Positions 34,693-45,700 of a stretch of DNA of 64,000 nt are shown piece after piece. The notes below the pieces were generated by a model. That model was given only the letters and a program-made list of their open reading frames with translations, made no database searches and was not told the DNA's origin. Each line of letters starts with the position of its first letter. The stretch's first letter is position 1. The DNA comes from Candidatus Poribacteria bacterium. Lineage in GTDB: Bacteria > Poribacteria > WGA-4E > WGA-3G. The stretch covers positions 7,261 to 71,260 of the forward strand of contig JAGWBV010000002.1 in assembly GCA_021295715.1 (NCBI GenBank), given 5' to 3'. Both the position numbers and the translations under genes were made by a program.

Positions 34693-37128
34693 TTACGCTG
34701 TGGTGGGGCGGATGATGAGTTTTATCTTTGTGCCTTTGGGTGGGATTATATCGGTATTTACACGATACGTCCGATCATCGGTGCCAGTAGGTAGAGGATG
34801 GTTGAAAAGCGAATCTGGGTCGCGATAGACGGCGATAATGTTATGGAAGAGCTGGGCAGTAAATTGATTATTCTTAAGCCGTCCACCTGTGAAGACCCAT
34901 GGCGTTTCCTGCATCGGCTGTTCCGTAAAGGCATTCCATACTAACTCTCTCGCACGGCGCGAGACAACTTCTTCGCCTTGATTCCATTCTACCCAGATGT
35001 CAACAGGTGCTCCTGTAGGTGTTCGCGGATCACCTTCAACTGAAAGATTCATGCCGGGTGTAAAATCTAAAACCCCGAGTGCTGTCAGTATGTAAATCGG
35101 TTCTGCATCAACGATTAAAATGCTTTCATGTGTTTTACCGAGTTTACCGCAGGCAAAGAATTCGATATTGGCATCTCCACCGACAATGTTAATTTCACCC
35201 GGCACCCTTACCTCACGTTTGCTGGTATCAAAAACAACGTTGCCGAGTTGATAAGTATTTTCGCTAATTTGCTTCGGTTTTGCCAACTGAACGTCTGCAG
35301 CTGCCGTGGATTGTGGAAACACAGTGAGTTTTTCCGAAGCACTGTTATCACTGTCGTCTGCATCCGAGAGGGCGATGCGTGCCACAAATTCTATCTCTCC
35401 TTCTATTCCTGGTACCCAATCGGTTGAAATGACGGTCTCTGTGAGTTTTGAAGTCCAAAGGACTTCGGTGGTAGTAACCTTTTCATCATTGACATAGAAC
35501 TCGATGTTGAGAATATCGTCAAGAGGAGTTCCTGTATTCCGAAGAGTAGCACTCAGTCGGACGGCTTCGCCGACGCGTGGCGTAGGAGGCGAAAATCGGA
35601 GGCTTCGTGGAACAATCCCGATATTTGGTTCAGTTGGACCTACCAGCGCATGACTCAAGGACATCACGGTGAAGCAGGTCGATAAAAAATCGCTCTCAGA
35701 TCCGGTCCATCTTCCATCAGATTCCTGTTGTGCAACCAGCATCCGTGAGATTTCATCGTACCAATTGTAACCAGCAAGCGTGTCTAAGGTTGGCGGAATA
35801 TCACAAAACCGTTGCAGCGAAAGTAAATAGTAGTAAAGCCATGAGTTAGAACCAGGGTTACGGGTTAATGACCAATGCTTTTTAACCCACTCAACCCCCT
35901 TCTGAATCTGCAGATCGTCAACTGGAACGCCACACGCCCGAAGTGCCCACAACCCTGTTGCAGTCATACTTCCATAGACACCTATTGCCCACGGTGAACC
36001 GTCATCAACCAAATTGTAGAGCCATCCCCCTGTTTCGGTTTGGTTCCGGCGAATCCATTGCTCGGCACGTGCCCATGTGTCCGGAGGAATATCAATTCCC
36101 CACTGCTTTGCGGCATAAAGTGCGTAGATAACCATGTTCATGTGGGCGCCATCGGCACTATAACCGTATCCCCAACCGCCATCGTCGCGGTCGTCCGTGA
36201 ACTCACTGCCGCTGACGGGAAGTTGCTTTTTGACTAACTGATTCACAGCGAACTGGACACGCTCTCTGTAGGTGGCATCTTGCGTCGCGACTAAAGCCGG
36301 GATAACCACGGCAGATTGGTAGACAGCAAATTCGTTCCAGTTCTGCGCCAAGAGGAATTCTATCCCTTTTTGGACGGGTGGGTGCGAAGCCGTGTGCCCT
36401 GTTGCGAATAATGTTTGGAGTGCCAATGCTGTTTCTTGGGTCTGATCTTCACCGAAGTTCCAAGACTTGCCTGGGATAAAGTTTTCAGCGAGACCTTTTA
36501 GGTTCGCCCCGCAGGTAATGCAGATTAAGATGAGTTGGTTTTCAGTTCCACACTGCAAGCAGGTTCGGCTATGTCGTCCTTGTTGTGCTTCTATCCAATT
36601 AATACCCTTCGTTATCGTGTTCTGGATCTGTTCAGAGGTGACGGGCGGGAACGTTCGCGACACAGCGGTGATCGTTGCATGCGTGCGGTTATTGCCTATG
36701 TCCGTTTCTTCAATGTGTTTTTCACCGGTCGGGTTGACGACCGCATAAATTTCGGTCTTACCGGGAGGGGGTTGCCACTGTGTTTTCACACGTTTGCTCT
36801 CTCCCGGTTTTAACTCCAAGATTACATCCTTACAGAGGATTTGGAGCGGTTGTGTTGCTGGATCTGCCTCGTAGAGGTCAACAACCAGATCTTGGTTCAT
36901 CGTTTGTTTTCCGCCGCCGATGTTCTTCACCTCAACTGAAATGGTAATCTCTTCTCCTTCAACCGGTGTTGGATTGGAAAAGGAGATACTATCAGTGTCA
37001 ACACGGAAGTCTGGCAGCTGCGCGAATCCACTCGTGCTAAGGGAGGCAATAACAAATATTCCGATTGCCAATTTTAACAGTAGATTTCGGAAACTGACGC
37101 AATGCGTCAAACGAGGATACCTAATCAT
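34693..37128 (-). CDS. secreted CARDB - prenyltransferase/terpene-cyclase-like alpha/alpha toroid - CARDB multidomain protein
   Basis: Start chosen at MIRYPRL (signal ...SLSTSGFA). CARDB-like segments (ITISVEVKNIGG; VRLSATLRNTGT). The central region has repeated Q/W-rich units (GGWGY, GGWLYN, DGRWTG) typical of squalene-cyclase/prenyltransferase repeats. Confidence 0.6.
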   Translation of the reverse strand: MIRYPRLTHCVSFRNLLLKLAIGIFVIASLSTSGFAQLPDFRVDTDSISFSNPTPVEGEEITISVEVKNIGGGKQTMNQDLVVDLYEADPATQPLQILCKDVILELKPGESKRVKTQWQPPPGKTEIYAVVNPTGEKHIEETDIGNNRTHATITAVSRTFPPVTSEQIQNTITKGINWIEAQQGRHSRTCLQCGTENQLILICITCGANLKGLAENFIPGKSWNFGEDQTQETALALQTLFATGHTASHPPVQKGIEFLLAQNWNEFAVYQSAVVIPALVATQDATYRERVQFAVNQLVKKQLPVSGSEFTDDRDDGGWGYGYSADGAHMNMVIYALYAAKQWGIDIPPDTWARAEQWIRRNQTETGGWLYNLVDDGSPWAIGVYGSMTATGLWALRACGVPVDDLQIQKGVEWVKKHWSLTRNPGSNSWLYYYLLSLQRFCDIPPTLDTLAGYNWYDEISRMLVAQQESDGRWTGSESDFLSTCFTVMSLSHALVGPTEPNIGIVPRSLRFSPPTPRVGEAVRLSATLRNTGTPLDDILNIEFYVNDEKVTTTEVLWTSKLTETVISTDWVPGIEGEIEFVARIALSDADDSDNSASEKLTVFPQSTAAADVQLAKPKQISENTYQLGNVVFDTSKREVRVPGEINIVGGDANIEFFACGKLGKTHESILIVDAEPIYILTALGVLDFTPGMNLSVEGDPRTPTGAPVDIWVEWNQGEEVVSRRARELVWNAFTEQPMQETPWVFTGGRLKNNQFTAQLFHNIIAVYRDPDSLFNHPLPTGTDDRTYRVNTDIIPPKGTKIKLIIRPTTA

Positions 37129-37238
37129 GATGCACCTCACATCTGTCAAAGAAGTTGTTATGATTCCGATGAGTACCACAACCGGATTTCGGTTTATCTT
37201 TCAACGCGGCGAACGTGGCAACTCCTACCAATTCTGAA

Positions 37239-38171
37239 TTAGTTTCCTGCCCAGTGCCCGACGGAAACCGAGGAAGGTTGCGGAATAGGATTTTTGAACA
37301 GGGGCTGTCCACCTGCCGTCCATTTACTAATTTCACCTTGGAATGTTTCACCGAGTATATCCGCTATCCAAATACCGCCATCTGTAGGTGAAACACTAAT
37401 TGCCACGATTGCCATGCCCGCAAGAAATTCAGCTCTCTTGCCCCCGTCTGGTCCCAAGTTCATTAACATGGATTGCTGTGAAACGACCCAGACACTTCCA
37501 TCGGTGATATTGATGCGCGGTGACGTGGGATTCGGAATATCGGTAATTTCTACCAGTTTCTGTCCGCTCGCTGAAACCCGCATCAAAACACTATGTTGAC
37601 TGTCAGCGATCCAAGCATTTCCTTCGTAGTCAACGGTTACACCTTTGGGTTCACCCATCGGTGGTGCGTCTGCGACTTTGTTTCCTGCAGCATCATAGCG
37701 TGCGATAGGACCTCGTGCGTTCGTTATCCATGCCGAACCGTCTGTAGGGTTTACTGCCACTGCGGGTTCATGGGCGGGTATTGTCGCGACAACTTGGGCA
37801 CCGTCACCGGATACTTTTTTAACAGCATCAAGACCTGCGATCCATGCTGAACCATCGGCGGGGTTAATGGCAATCTGGTTCGGACGGTTAATATCGGGAA
37901 TCTCTTTAAAATCGCCAGTATTCGGATTGTAACGATAGACGGTATTTGCCGCTGAAACTGCGATCCAAACAACGCCATCTGCTGGATTCACTTCGGCGGC
38001 AGTTGCTTGTGGTAAATTCGGAATAACCTGTGGATCGGCGTTTCCATCGGCGTATAATTTATAAACTGTATCTCCTTTGCTGACGACCCAACATTCTCCA
38101 TTATATTGTCCATAACTGATGGAAACGCATAGAACCGACAACACCATTGCCCAACACATCTGCTTAATCAT
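37239..38171 (-). CDS. secreted beta-propeller repeat protein
   Basis: Signal peptide. About 42-aa repeats with P(A/T)DG(S/G)(A/V)WI(A/T) occur at least six times. Confidence 0.65.
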   Translation of the reverse strand: MIKQMCWAMVLSVLCVSISYGQYNGECWVVSKGDTVYKLYADGNADPQVIPNLPQATAAEVNPADGVVWIAVSAANTVYRYNPNTGDFKEIPDINRPNQIAINPADGSAWIAGLDAVKKVSGDGAQVVATIPAHEPAVAVNPTDGSAWITNARGPIARYDAAGNKVADAPPMGEPKGVTVDYEGNAWIADSQHSVLMRVSASGQKLVEITDIPNPTSPRINITDGSVWVVSQQSMLMNLGPDGGKRAEFLAGMAIVAISVSPTDGGIWIADILGETFQGEISKWTAGGQPLFKNPIPQPSSVSVGHWAGN

Positions 38172-38369
38172 TTATATCTCCTCATTTTACTGTATGCGCT
38201 TGAAGCGCGCAATATATGATTCGTAAGAGCGCGCTATAAGCGACGCCTCCATTTTTTAAATCTTAACACAGTTGCCGTTAATTTTGCAAGAAATTTCATG
38301 CATCTTTACGGCCTACTATCCTGCTGAGATATTCGAGTAATCGACCGGTTTCAATTTTCTCTTTATTTC

Positions 38370-38398
38370 TTGATTTTTTTCAGGAAGGCGTGTATACT
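38370..38398 (+). promoter_or_regulatory. candidate promoter TTGATT-17-TATACT for the metal-efflux cluster
   Basis: Hexamers and spacing read directly from the sequence, 35 nt upstream of the ORF start at 38433. Confidence 0.5.
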
Positions 38399-38432
38399 AT
38401 ATAATTAAAGTTCTGAACGGGCAGTTAACTGG

Positions 38433-38921
38433 ATGCGTTTAAAACCTTATATTACCTCATGGAAAATGAAAATGAAATTTATTTCAACAAATAAACAGAG
38501 GACTGCCATCCCTTTAATTGGACTACTCATTTATCTTTCCACCGTTCCGATGCAGTTGTCCAATTATGTTTTGTGTATCGGTTCAGACGGGCACGTCGAA
38601 TTTGAAATCGCAGTCAATGGGCAATGCACTGACACACACGACCTCCACGAAGGGCATACAGAGATTGCGATTACTACGGATACCGCCGGAGAGAGTCACT
38701 GCGGTGCGTGTCTTGATCTCGCGATCTTCGTCTCTTTAGACATTGAACCCTATCTTGTTCCAGTTCAAGATGCCTTAATCCACCCACCTCTTTGCGTAAC
38801 TACACTCATAGCACTCCGAGCAAATGCTCCGACGATTCTAACGCATACTCCTTTTCTGGATATCACATCAGTAATAGACCCCACTCTCGTATCTCTTCGG
38901 TCCACGACACTCCTCATTTAA
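38433..38921 (+). CDS. small membrane-anchored Cys/His-rich protein at the head of the RND metal-efflux operon
   Basis: One TM segment, then CIGSDGHVEFE...CTDTHDLHEGHTE...ESHCGACLD. Start uncertain (38433, 38466 or 38472). Confidence 0.55.
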   Translation: MRLKPYITSWKMKMKFISTNKQRTAIPLIGLLIYLSTVPMQLSNYVLCIGSDGHVEFEIAVNGQCTDTHDLHEGHTEIAITTDTAGESHCGACLDLAIFVSLDIEPYLVPVQDALIHPPLCVTTLIALRANAPTILTHTPFLDITSVIDPTLVSLRSTTLLI

Positions 38922-39111
38922 ACCACACCCCTTTCTATTTACAGCGACGTTCATCGCGCTCGGTGCGCTGAGAGTTCGGCATTAATTCCCATTGATATGA
39001 AATATTTTAGCCCTGTGCCGACTATTGTAAGCGGACACAGTTATGTCTCGTAGGTTTTCCTTTGAAGCGCAGTGCGAAAAATAGACCCAACGACCAAGTC
39101 TGAAACGAAGC

Positions 39112-39136
39112 GGAAGGGTTTTGCTTGGACGTTTCC
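39112..39136 (+). repeat. intergenic hairpin motif, copy C (GGAA-GGGTTTTGCTTGGACGT-TTCC)
   Basis: Same loop family, about 75 nt upstream of the ATG at 39210. Confidence 0.45.
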
Positions 39137-39209
39137 TCAATTTATTCAACTCGAAAGCGAAGAATGCTAAGTCTCAAACCACGATACTTATCCGCAAGGG
39201 AAAATTAAA

Positions 39210-40526
39210 ATGCGTATGAAACTCACATTCAACTCCATCTTCATGATGGGCATAATTTGTCTGTTAGCCTTAAGCGTATGGCAAATGCCAACTGCCTTTT
39301 CAGATGAAGCCTTTTCAAATAAGGGTGGGCAGGTTTCGCTTGAGGTGGCAGTCCAAACAGCGCTGCACGAAAACCCGGATATCAACGCGATCCGTGAAAA
39401 ACTTAAAGTTGCCCGCGCTCGAATTGAGGGCATCGCGTTGTTTGATAATCCCAAATTGGAAACTGAATTCGCTGGGGGGATAGACGGCGATCAAGGCCTC
39501 GAACTCACCCAATCGTTTCAACTCGGTGGACAGCGAGGACATCAAAGACGGATTGCGAAGATCCATCTCGAAAAGGTAAACGCTGAACTTGCCGAAGCGT
39601 CTCGCTTGCTTACGAAATTAGTAAAGATAGCCTTCTATGAGTTGGCACTTGTCCAAGAAAAACTTAAGTTAGCGAAAGAGGTTATCGAACACAGCAAACA
39701 GATGTCCGATATTGCACAGTTTCGGTATGAAACTGGCGATATTTCGGTAACACAGGCAAATTTGGCAAATATTCAACTACAATCGGCACTGCGCGAAGTG
39801 GTAAAGTTAGAAGGTGAATTACAGTTGGCACAACTTGCACTGAATGCTTTAATGGGCGCCCTGCTTGAAACGGTGCGTATCGCTGTCGGTGGTTTTCCAG
39901 ACGCTTCAACAAGTTTTGGAAACCCACAAGCGACAGCCAAAATATCACCAAATGCTATTTCAGAATTGACGCTTGATGCCTTGAAAACACAGGCACTCGC
40001 GCGTCGTAACGATCTAAAATCGGTTCAATTAAACGCCGAGTTAACTGAAAACGAACTCCGACTCGCAAAAGCCGAGAACATTCCCGATTTAAGTGTCGGT
40101 GCGCTTGTCCAACGCACCAGCGGAGAGAATCAAATCGGCGTGAAATTGACGGTCCCGTTGCCATTCTTCGATCGGAATCGTGTTGAGATTAATGCGGCAA
40201 AAGCGCAGCAGCAGGTAGATGCTATCGAAATAAGCAGTCAAGAACGACAAATTAGCCAAGAGGTAATGGCAGCGTTCCTCTCTCTCAAGACCGCGCAAAA
40301 AACGCTCAAGTTTTATGAAGGTGGTTCAGTAAAATTACTCAATGAAAATCTCAAACTGACGCGGGCTGCCTACGAATTGGGCGAAGCAAAACTCTTGGAA
40401 GTTATTTTGATGCAGAATGAATTTGTCGAAATGCGATTTGCTTACCTTGAAGCACTCGCAGCGTACTATAAGTCCCTGGCTCAACTTGAAGCGACTATAG
40501 ATACATCCGTCGAATTACTGCCATAG
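39210..40526 (+). CDS. TolC-family outer-membrane efflux protein (CzcC/CusC-like)
   Basis: Signal peptide and two tandem OEP repeats (NPDINAIREKL..., LAKAENIPDLSVGA...); 438 aa. Confidence 0.85.
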   Translation: MRMKLTFNSIFMMGIICLLALSVWQMPTAFSDEAFSNKGGQVSLEVAVQTALHENPDINAIREKLKVARARIEGIALFDNPKLETEFAGGIDGDQGLELTQSFQLGGQRGHQRRIAKIHLEKVNAELAEASRLLTKLVKIAFYELALVQEKLKLAKEVIEHSKQMSDIAQFRYETGDISVTQANLANIQLQSALREVVKLEGELQLAQLALNALMGALLETVRIAVGGFPDASTSFGNPQATAKISPNAISELTLDALKTQALARRNDLKSVQLNAELTENELRLAKAENIPDLSVGALVQRTSGENQIGVKLTVPLPFFDRNRVEINAAKAQQQVDAIEISSQERQISQEVMAAFLSLKTAQKTLKFYEGGSVKLLNENLKLTRAAYELGEAKLLEVILMQNEFVEMRFAYLEALAAYYKSLAQLEATIDTSVELLP

Positions 40527-40596
40527 AAGCGCGGTAGAATAGATTGATACTATGCGGCATGTCCCGATGATTTGGACAATACAAGGAGAAACCAAA

Positions 40597-42474
40597 ATGT
40601 TACGTTATTCTCATTTTTCGCTATTTTTTTCAATTGTTGTTATTGCGATAGTAGGCTTGGTTCCGCTAAACCTCACGTCTACGCTAACTTGGGCTGACGG
40701 CACAACTGACGACGGGCATCAATCGGATGACGAGCGTGCTGATCATACGCACAGCCAAGGAAATACGATAACGCTTACTGACAAAGCAAAAGCCAACATC
40801 GGTTTGAGGACTGCTGAAGTTGATGTCCGCTCCATTGAAACGATTGTACACGTTCACGGCAATGTAATGGCGCATCCCGAATACCAAGCAGTCGCCACAC
40901 CCCGAATCAGCGGTATCGTGAAACGCATCCATTCCAGTGTTGGTGAATTTGTAGAAAAAGGTGATTTACTGCTTGAACTGGAAAGTCTGGACTTGCAAAT
41001 GGCGCAGATTGAAATGGTTGAAGCCGTAGCAGAAAAGAAGTCATTGGAGTCCAAATTGGCGAGACTGACAGAGGTTTTCGCCAAGCAAATTCGGCGGGAA
41101 TTGCAGACCCGTCAAATCGACTACTTGCAATCGCTTTCCGAGCTACAGGAGTTACAGATCGCAATTGAAAAACGCAAAGAACTTGCCATAACGGAAGTTA
41201 TTAGGGCTTTAGAACAGATGCGGTTCAGATTGGTTAAAGCCGACGTTGAACTCCGATTGCTAAAAACGACATTCAAGAGAACCGAGGCACTCGCAGAAAA
41301 GCGTATTTCCGCGCAGAAGGAACTCATTGCACAAGAAGCAGAATACAGAAAAGGACAGAATGAACTGGCAGATGCGAAGCGTCAATTCCAAATCCTTGAT
41401 GTCAGTGAACAGACGCTGGAAAAGATCCTCCACGGCAGCAGGGAGACAGCGGTCATCTCACTCCTGGATGCTGACGAAGTGGACACAAAAGTTCTACTGG
41501 AAAAATACGCGATCCTCAGTGAAAAAGGAACACAATTAGTAGAAACAGAAGCGGCATACAAAATCACTGCGATTAAGGTTGCAGCCAACAAACAACGTGC
41601 CTTGGCTGCCGGTCTCACCGAAATGCTTCTTGAAAACTTGGCTAAGACCAAAACTATTGTATCCTTCAACGATTTGTCCACCGATGCCCTGATTGAAAAT
41701 TACCTTGCCTTCGTTGAGAGTTCAGAAGCACTCGAGGGAGTGCTCCAATTGGAAGAGTCACTTCGAAGCGCGAACATCACCTTAAACAAGGTTCAGCAGA
41801 AACTTCAGGTGTTTGGATTGACCCTCGACGATATAGACAAGGTCGTTCAAACCGGAAAACCCACTCCAATATTCTATGTTACGGCACCCGCTTCCGGACA
41901 GATCATTGAGCAACACGTGACACTCGGCACAACGGTTGAAAAAAGTAATATGCTTTTCTCAATACTCGACACCGACCGTGTCTGGGTTGAAGGGGAGGTT
42001 CATGAGGATGCGCTTGTCCGTCTTCAGGACAAGTGGCAGATAGGTAGCGAGGTTCGCATCCGTGCCTCTGCTTATCCAGAAACAATTTTCACTGGGAAAA
42101 TATCACATATATCAAGTGTTATGAACCCAGAGGAGCGCACCGTCCACTTTTGGACGGAAGTCAACAACCCCAAGCATAAACTCAAACCAGGGATGTTTAC
42201 TGAGCAGGTGATTGTCTTGGAAAAAGGAGCCGAGGTCTTGAGTGTTCCGCTGAACGCCGTGCTTGAAGACAAAGGGAGCTGGTTTGTTTTTGTCGAATTC
42301 GGGGAGACTTACACGAAGCAGGAAGTTGTCGTGGGCGCGAAAGACGACCAGTATATCGAAATCAGAGAAGGATTGTTTCCAGAGGAATATGTTGTGGTGC
42401 AGGGGCAACATCAGTTGTTGAGAGCAACAGAAGATGTCTCCGAAGTGATGGGTGCCCATGGGCACCCGCATTAG
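40597..42474 (+). CDS. RND efflux periplasmic adaptor (CzcB/CusB-like) with His-rich termini and extended coiled coil
   Basis: The ATG at 40597 is preceded by CAAGGAGA. DDGHQSDDERADHTHSQG lies near the N-terminus and the protein ends MGAHGHPH. Lipoyl and beta-barrel segments are present. Confidence 0.82.
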   Translation: MLRYSHFSLFFSIVVIAIVGLVPLNLTSTLTWADGTTDDGHQSDDERADHTHSQGNTITLTDKAKANIGLRTAEVDVRSIETIVHVHGNVMAHPEYQAVATPRISGIVKRIHSSVGEFVEKGDLLLELESLDLQMAQIEMVEAVAEKKSLESKLARLTEVFAKQIRRELQTRQIDYLQSLSELQELQIAIEKRKELAITEVIRALEQMRFRLVKADVELRLLKTTFKRTEALAEKRISAQKELIAQEAEYRKGQNELADAKRQFQILDVSEQTLEKILHGSRETAVISLLDADEVDTKVLLEKYAILSEKGTQLVETEAAYKITAIKVAANKQRALAAGLTEMLLENLAKTKTIVSFNDLSTDALIENYLAFVESSEALEGVLQLEESLRSANITLNKVQQKLQVFGLTLDDIDKVVQTGKPTPIFYVTAPASGQIIEQHVTLGTTVEKSNMLFSILDTDRVWVEGEVHEDALVRLQDKWQIGSEVRIRASAYPETIFTGKISHISSVMNPEERTVHFWTEVNNPKHKLKPGMFTEQVIVLEKGAEVLSVPLNAVLEDKGSWFVFVEFGETYTKQEVVVGAKDDQYIEIREGLFPEEYVVVQGQHQLLRATEDVSEVMGAHGHPH

Positions 42475-42597
42475 CGTTTTTTAACGATTGGTTCTTGCGC
42501 TCCTTTCCATTTCATTACGATCAGACTTTCGGGGAATTCACGACTGAAATAAGGATCTGTACGGTTTTTTACTGCCTTTATTAATCCAAAACGATAG

Positions 42598-42638
42598 CCT
42601 GCAACAACGGCGCAGGGTTTTTGCTGGGGTGTTTCTGC
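42598..42638 (+). repeat. intergenic hairpin motif, copy B (CCTGC-9-GCAGG-GTTTTTGCTGGGGTGTTT-CTGC)
   Basis: GCAGG can pair either upstream (CCTGC) or downstream (CTGC). About 65 nt upstream of the ATG at 42703. Confidence 0.55.
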
Positions 42639-42702
42639 AGATTTAAGGAACGCATTTGAAAGTTCTAACGTACGTAGTTTACCCGCAAGGAAAAATTAAA
42701 AT

Positions 42703-45700
42703 ATGTGGTCGAAAATTACCGAGATTTCTCTCAAAAATAGACTCCTAACGCTTACTTGTATGGTTGCAGTCGTCATCATCGGATTTCGGATGTTTCAATC
42801 AGCACCGATTGATGTTTATCCTGACATCAATCCGCCTCGCATTACTATACTCACTGAGGCACACGGGTGGTCTCCTGAAGAGATGGAGACCTTGGTTACG
42901 TTGCCTATTGAAAGTTCGATGAACGGTGCGCCTTATGTTACACGGGTCCGGTCTTCCTCCGCGATTGGTTTGTCCCTTGTGTTTGTTGAATTTGAGTGGG
43001 GAATGGATGTGTTTCTCGCGCGACAGATGGTCTCTGAGCGACTTCAACTGATCGCACCGAATTTGCAGGAGGGCGTTGATGCCCCAATTATCTTGCCGAC
43101 TTCCTCCCTCTTGGGCGAGATTATCGAATACGCGCTCGTCGCTGAAACGGGAGAATTTGATGAGATGGAAATGCGAGACCTCGCAGATTGGGTGATTCGC
43201 TACCAACTGCAATCTCAGGGTGGCATTGCCAATGTGATTAACATCGGTGGCTACGTGAAGCAATTCCAAGTTTTCGTCGATCCTGAGCGGTTGATAAGTT
43301 ATAACCTTTCACTTGAGGACGTTGCTTCTTCGCTTGAGAAGAGCAACGAAAACTCAGCAGGCGGTTTCCTCATCAAAGATGCTCGCGAGTTGATGATTCG
43401 GGGATTAGGGCGGATTTCTTCGGTTTCTGACATCGAAAACGTCGTTGTTAATGTGCAAAAACATGGCAGACCGATTCTTGTTAAGGATGTTGCCTCGGTG
43501 AAAATCGGATCGCTTCCAGAAATTCGACGCGGTGCGGGAAGCCACAATGGAAAAGAAACTGTCTTGGGCAAGGTCGTCAAGCAACCCGGTATTAACACGA
43601 TAGAGCTGAGCGACAAAGTGGTTTCCACCTTGGAATCCTTGGAGAAATCCATGCCTAAGGGTGTAAATATTAAGGTTGAATATGCCCAAGCTGACCTAAT
43701 TCGGCGTGCTGTTGACACCGTTAAAGAAGCTCTACGCGATGGCGCGATTCTGGTCGTAATTGTTCTGGCTATTTTTCTCTTCAACATTCGGACCGCCCTG
43801 ATTACTTTGACTGCGATCCCGCTGTCTTTGATTATAGCCGTTATCGCGCTTCTTTCTCAGGGCGACACGCTTAACATTATGACGCTCGCGGGTTTGGCGA
43901 TTGCGGTTGGAATGGTCGTTGACGACGCGATTGTTTACGTCGAAAACATATTCCGGCGATTACAAGAATATTTTCGTCTGCGTTGGACGGGCGAGGAACC
44001 TGAAGAAACACCCTCAGAGGTTGTAGCACGAGCGAGTGAGGAAATCCGATCCTCAATTGTCTTTGCGACCTTGATTATCATCCTCGTTTTTGTGCCCCTG
44101 TTCAGCCTCAGTGGTATGGAGGGCAGAATGTTTCGTCCGCTTGGCTGGGCTGTTGTTATTTCGATGGCAGCATCGCTACTCGTTGCGCTCACAGTCGTTC
44201 CGGTGTTAAGTGACTTGCTATTGACGCGTTTCCGAAGAGGACGTCCATCAGAAGGTCCTGAGTCGGTCCCTCCTCCGGCAAAAGAGAGTCCGGTGGTTGT
44301 GTGGATTAAACATGTTTATCGTCACATACTTGTCTGGGTTATGCAATTGCGTTGGGCGATTGTAGTGGTGGCACTGCTACTGGTGGTCTTGACTGTGGCA
44401 GCGATACCTCGCCTGGGACGCGAATTCCTACCTGTGATGGATGAAGCTACGTTTATTATCAGTGTCTTCTCACCACCAGGTACCTCGTTAGGAGAATCAA
44501 CGCGTATCGGTAGAGAGATGGAAACACGACTCCTGACGATTCCAGAAGTAACGAGCGTGAGTAGCCGCACCGGGCGCGCTGCGGCGGACGAGCATGCCCA
44601 CGACGTAAACACACATGAGATCCTTGTGAACTTTATCCCTCCCGATGAACGAGAGAAAACGCGAGCAGAACTTCTTTCAGAAGTCCGTGAGTTGCTGTCT
44701 CCTGAAAACTTTCCGGGTGTATTGGTATCTGTCGGTCAACCGATTCAGCATCGCCTCGACCACCTTTTGTCAGGGGTTAATGCGCAGGTAGCACTGAAAT
44801 TGTTCGGGACGGATCTCGACATGCTCCGGGCAAAGGCGGAGGAAATTCGGGCGGTCATGTCGAGAATCGACGGTGTAGCGGACTTACAGGTGGAACAGCA
44901 GGTGCAGGTGGAGCAGCTTCAGATTAAGGTAAAACGACTTGAAGCAGCACGCTACGGCTTGCGGGTCGAAGATGTGACGCATTTTACAGAAACCGCACTC
45001 AAAGGGGAGTCGGTGAGTCAGGTTATCCAAGGCCAACGCCAATATACGCTCTTGATTCGAGTCGATCCGACGCTCGTCAACACAGCCGAAGCCGTCGAAA
45101 GCCTAAAAATCCGAACGCCATCAGGCGCGTTCGTCCCACTAAAACAGGTCGCCGATGTTGGTTTTGGTTATGGACCGAACACTATCAATCGCGAGAACGT
45201 TTCTCGGCGTATCGTCATCCAGTGTAACGTCCAAAATCGGGATCTCGGCAACTTTATTGCAGAAGTTCAGCGGGAAATCGACGAACGGGTCGAATTGCCT
45301 GAAGCGTATTTCCTGTCCTACGGCGGGCAGTTTGAAAGTCAACAGGCGGCACAAAGAAAAATTATGATTCAGACAGGTTTTGTCCTCATTGGTATCTGTG
45401 TTCTGTTGTTTTTGGCGATGGGTTCATTTCGGCTTTCGTTGTTAGTGATGCTGAATCTGCCGTTGGCGTTAATCGGGGGTGTTATCAGTATTTTTCTCAC
45501 AGGCGGAGTGTTGAGTATTCCGTCGATGGTCGGCTTCATTTTGCTATTCGGTATTGCTGTGCGAAATGGAATTATTTTGGTGACACACATCAATACGCTG
45601 CGTTCAGAAGGTATGTCGCTCTATGATGCGGTGATGAAGGGTGCCGAGGAGCGCATCAGTCCGGTGTTAATGACGGCACTAACGACAGGATTGGGGATGC

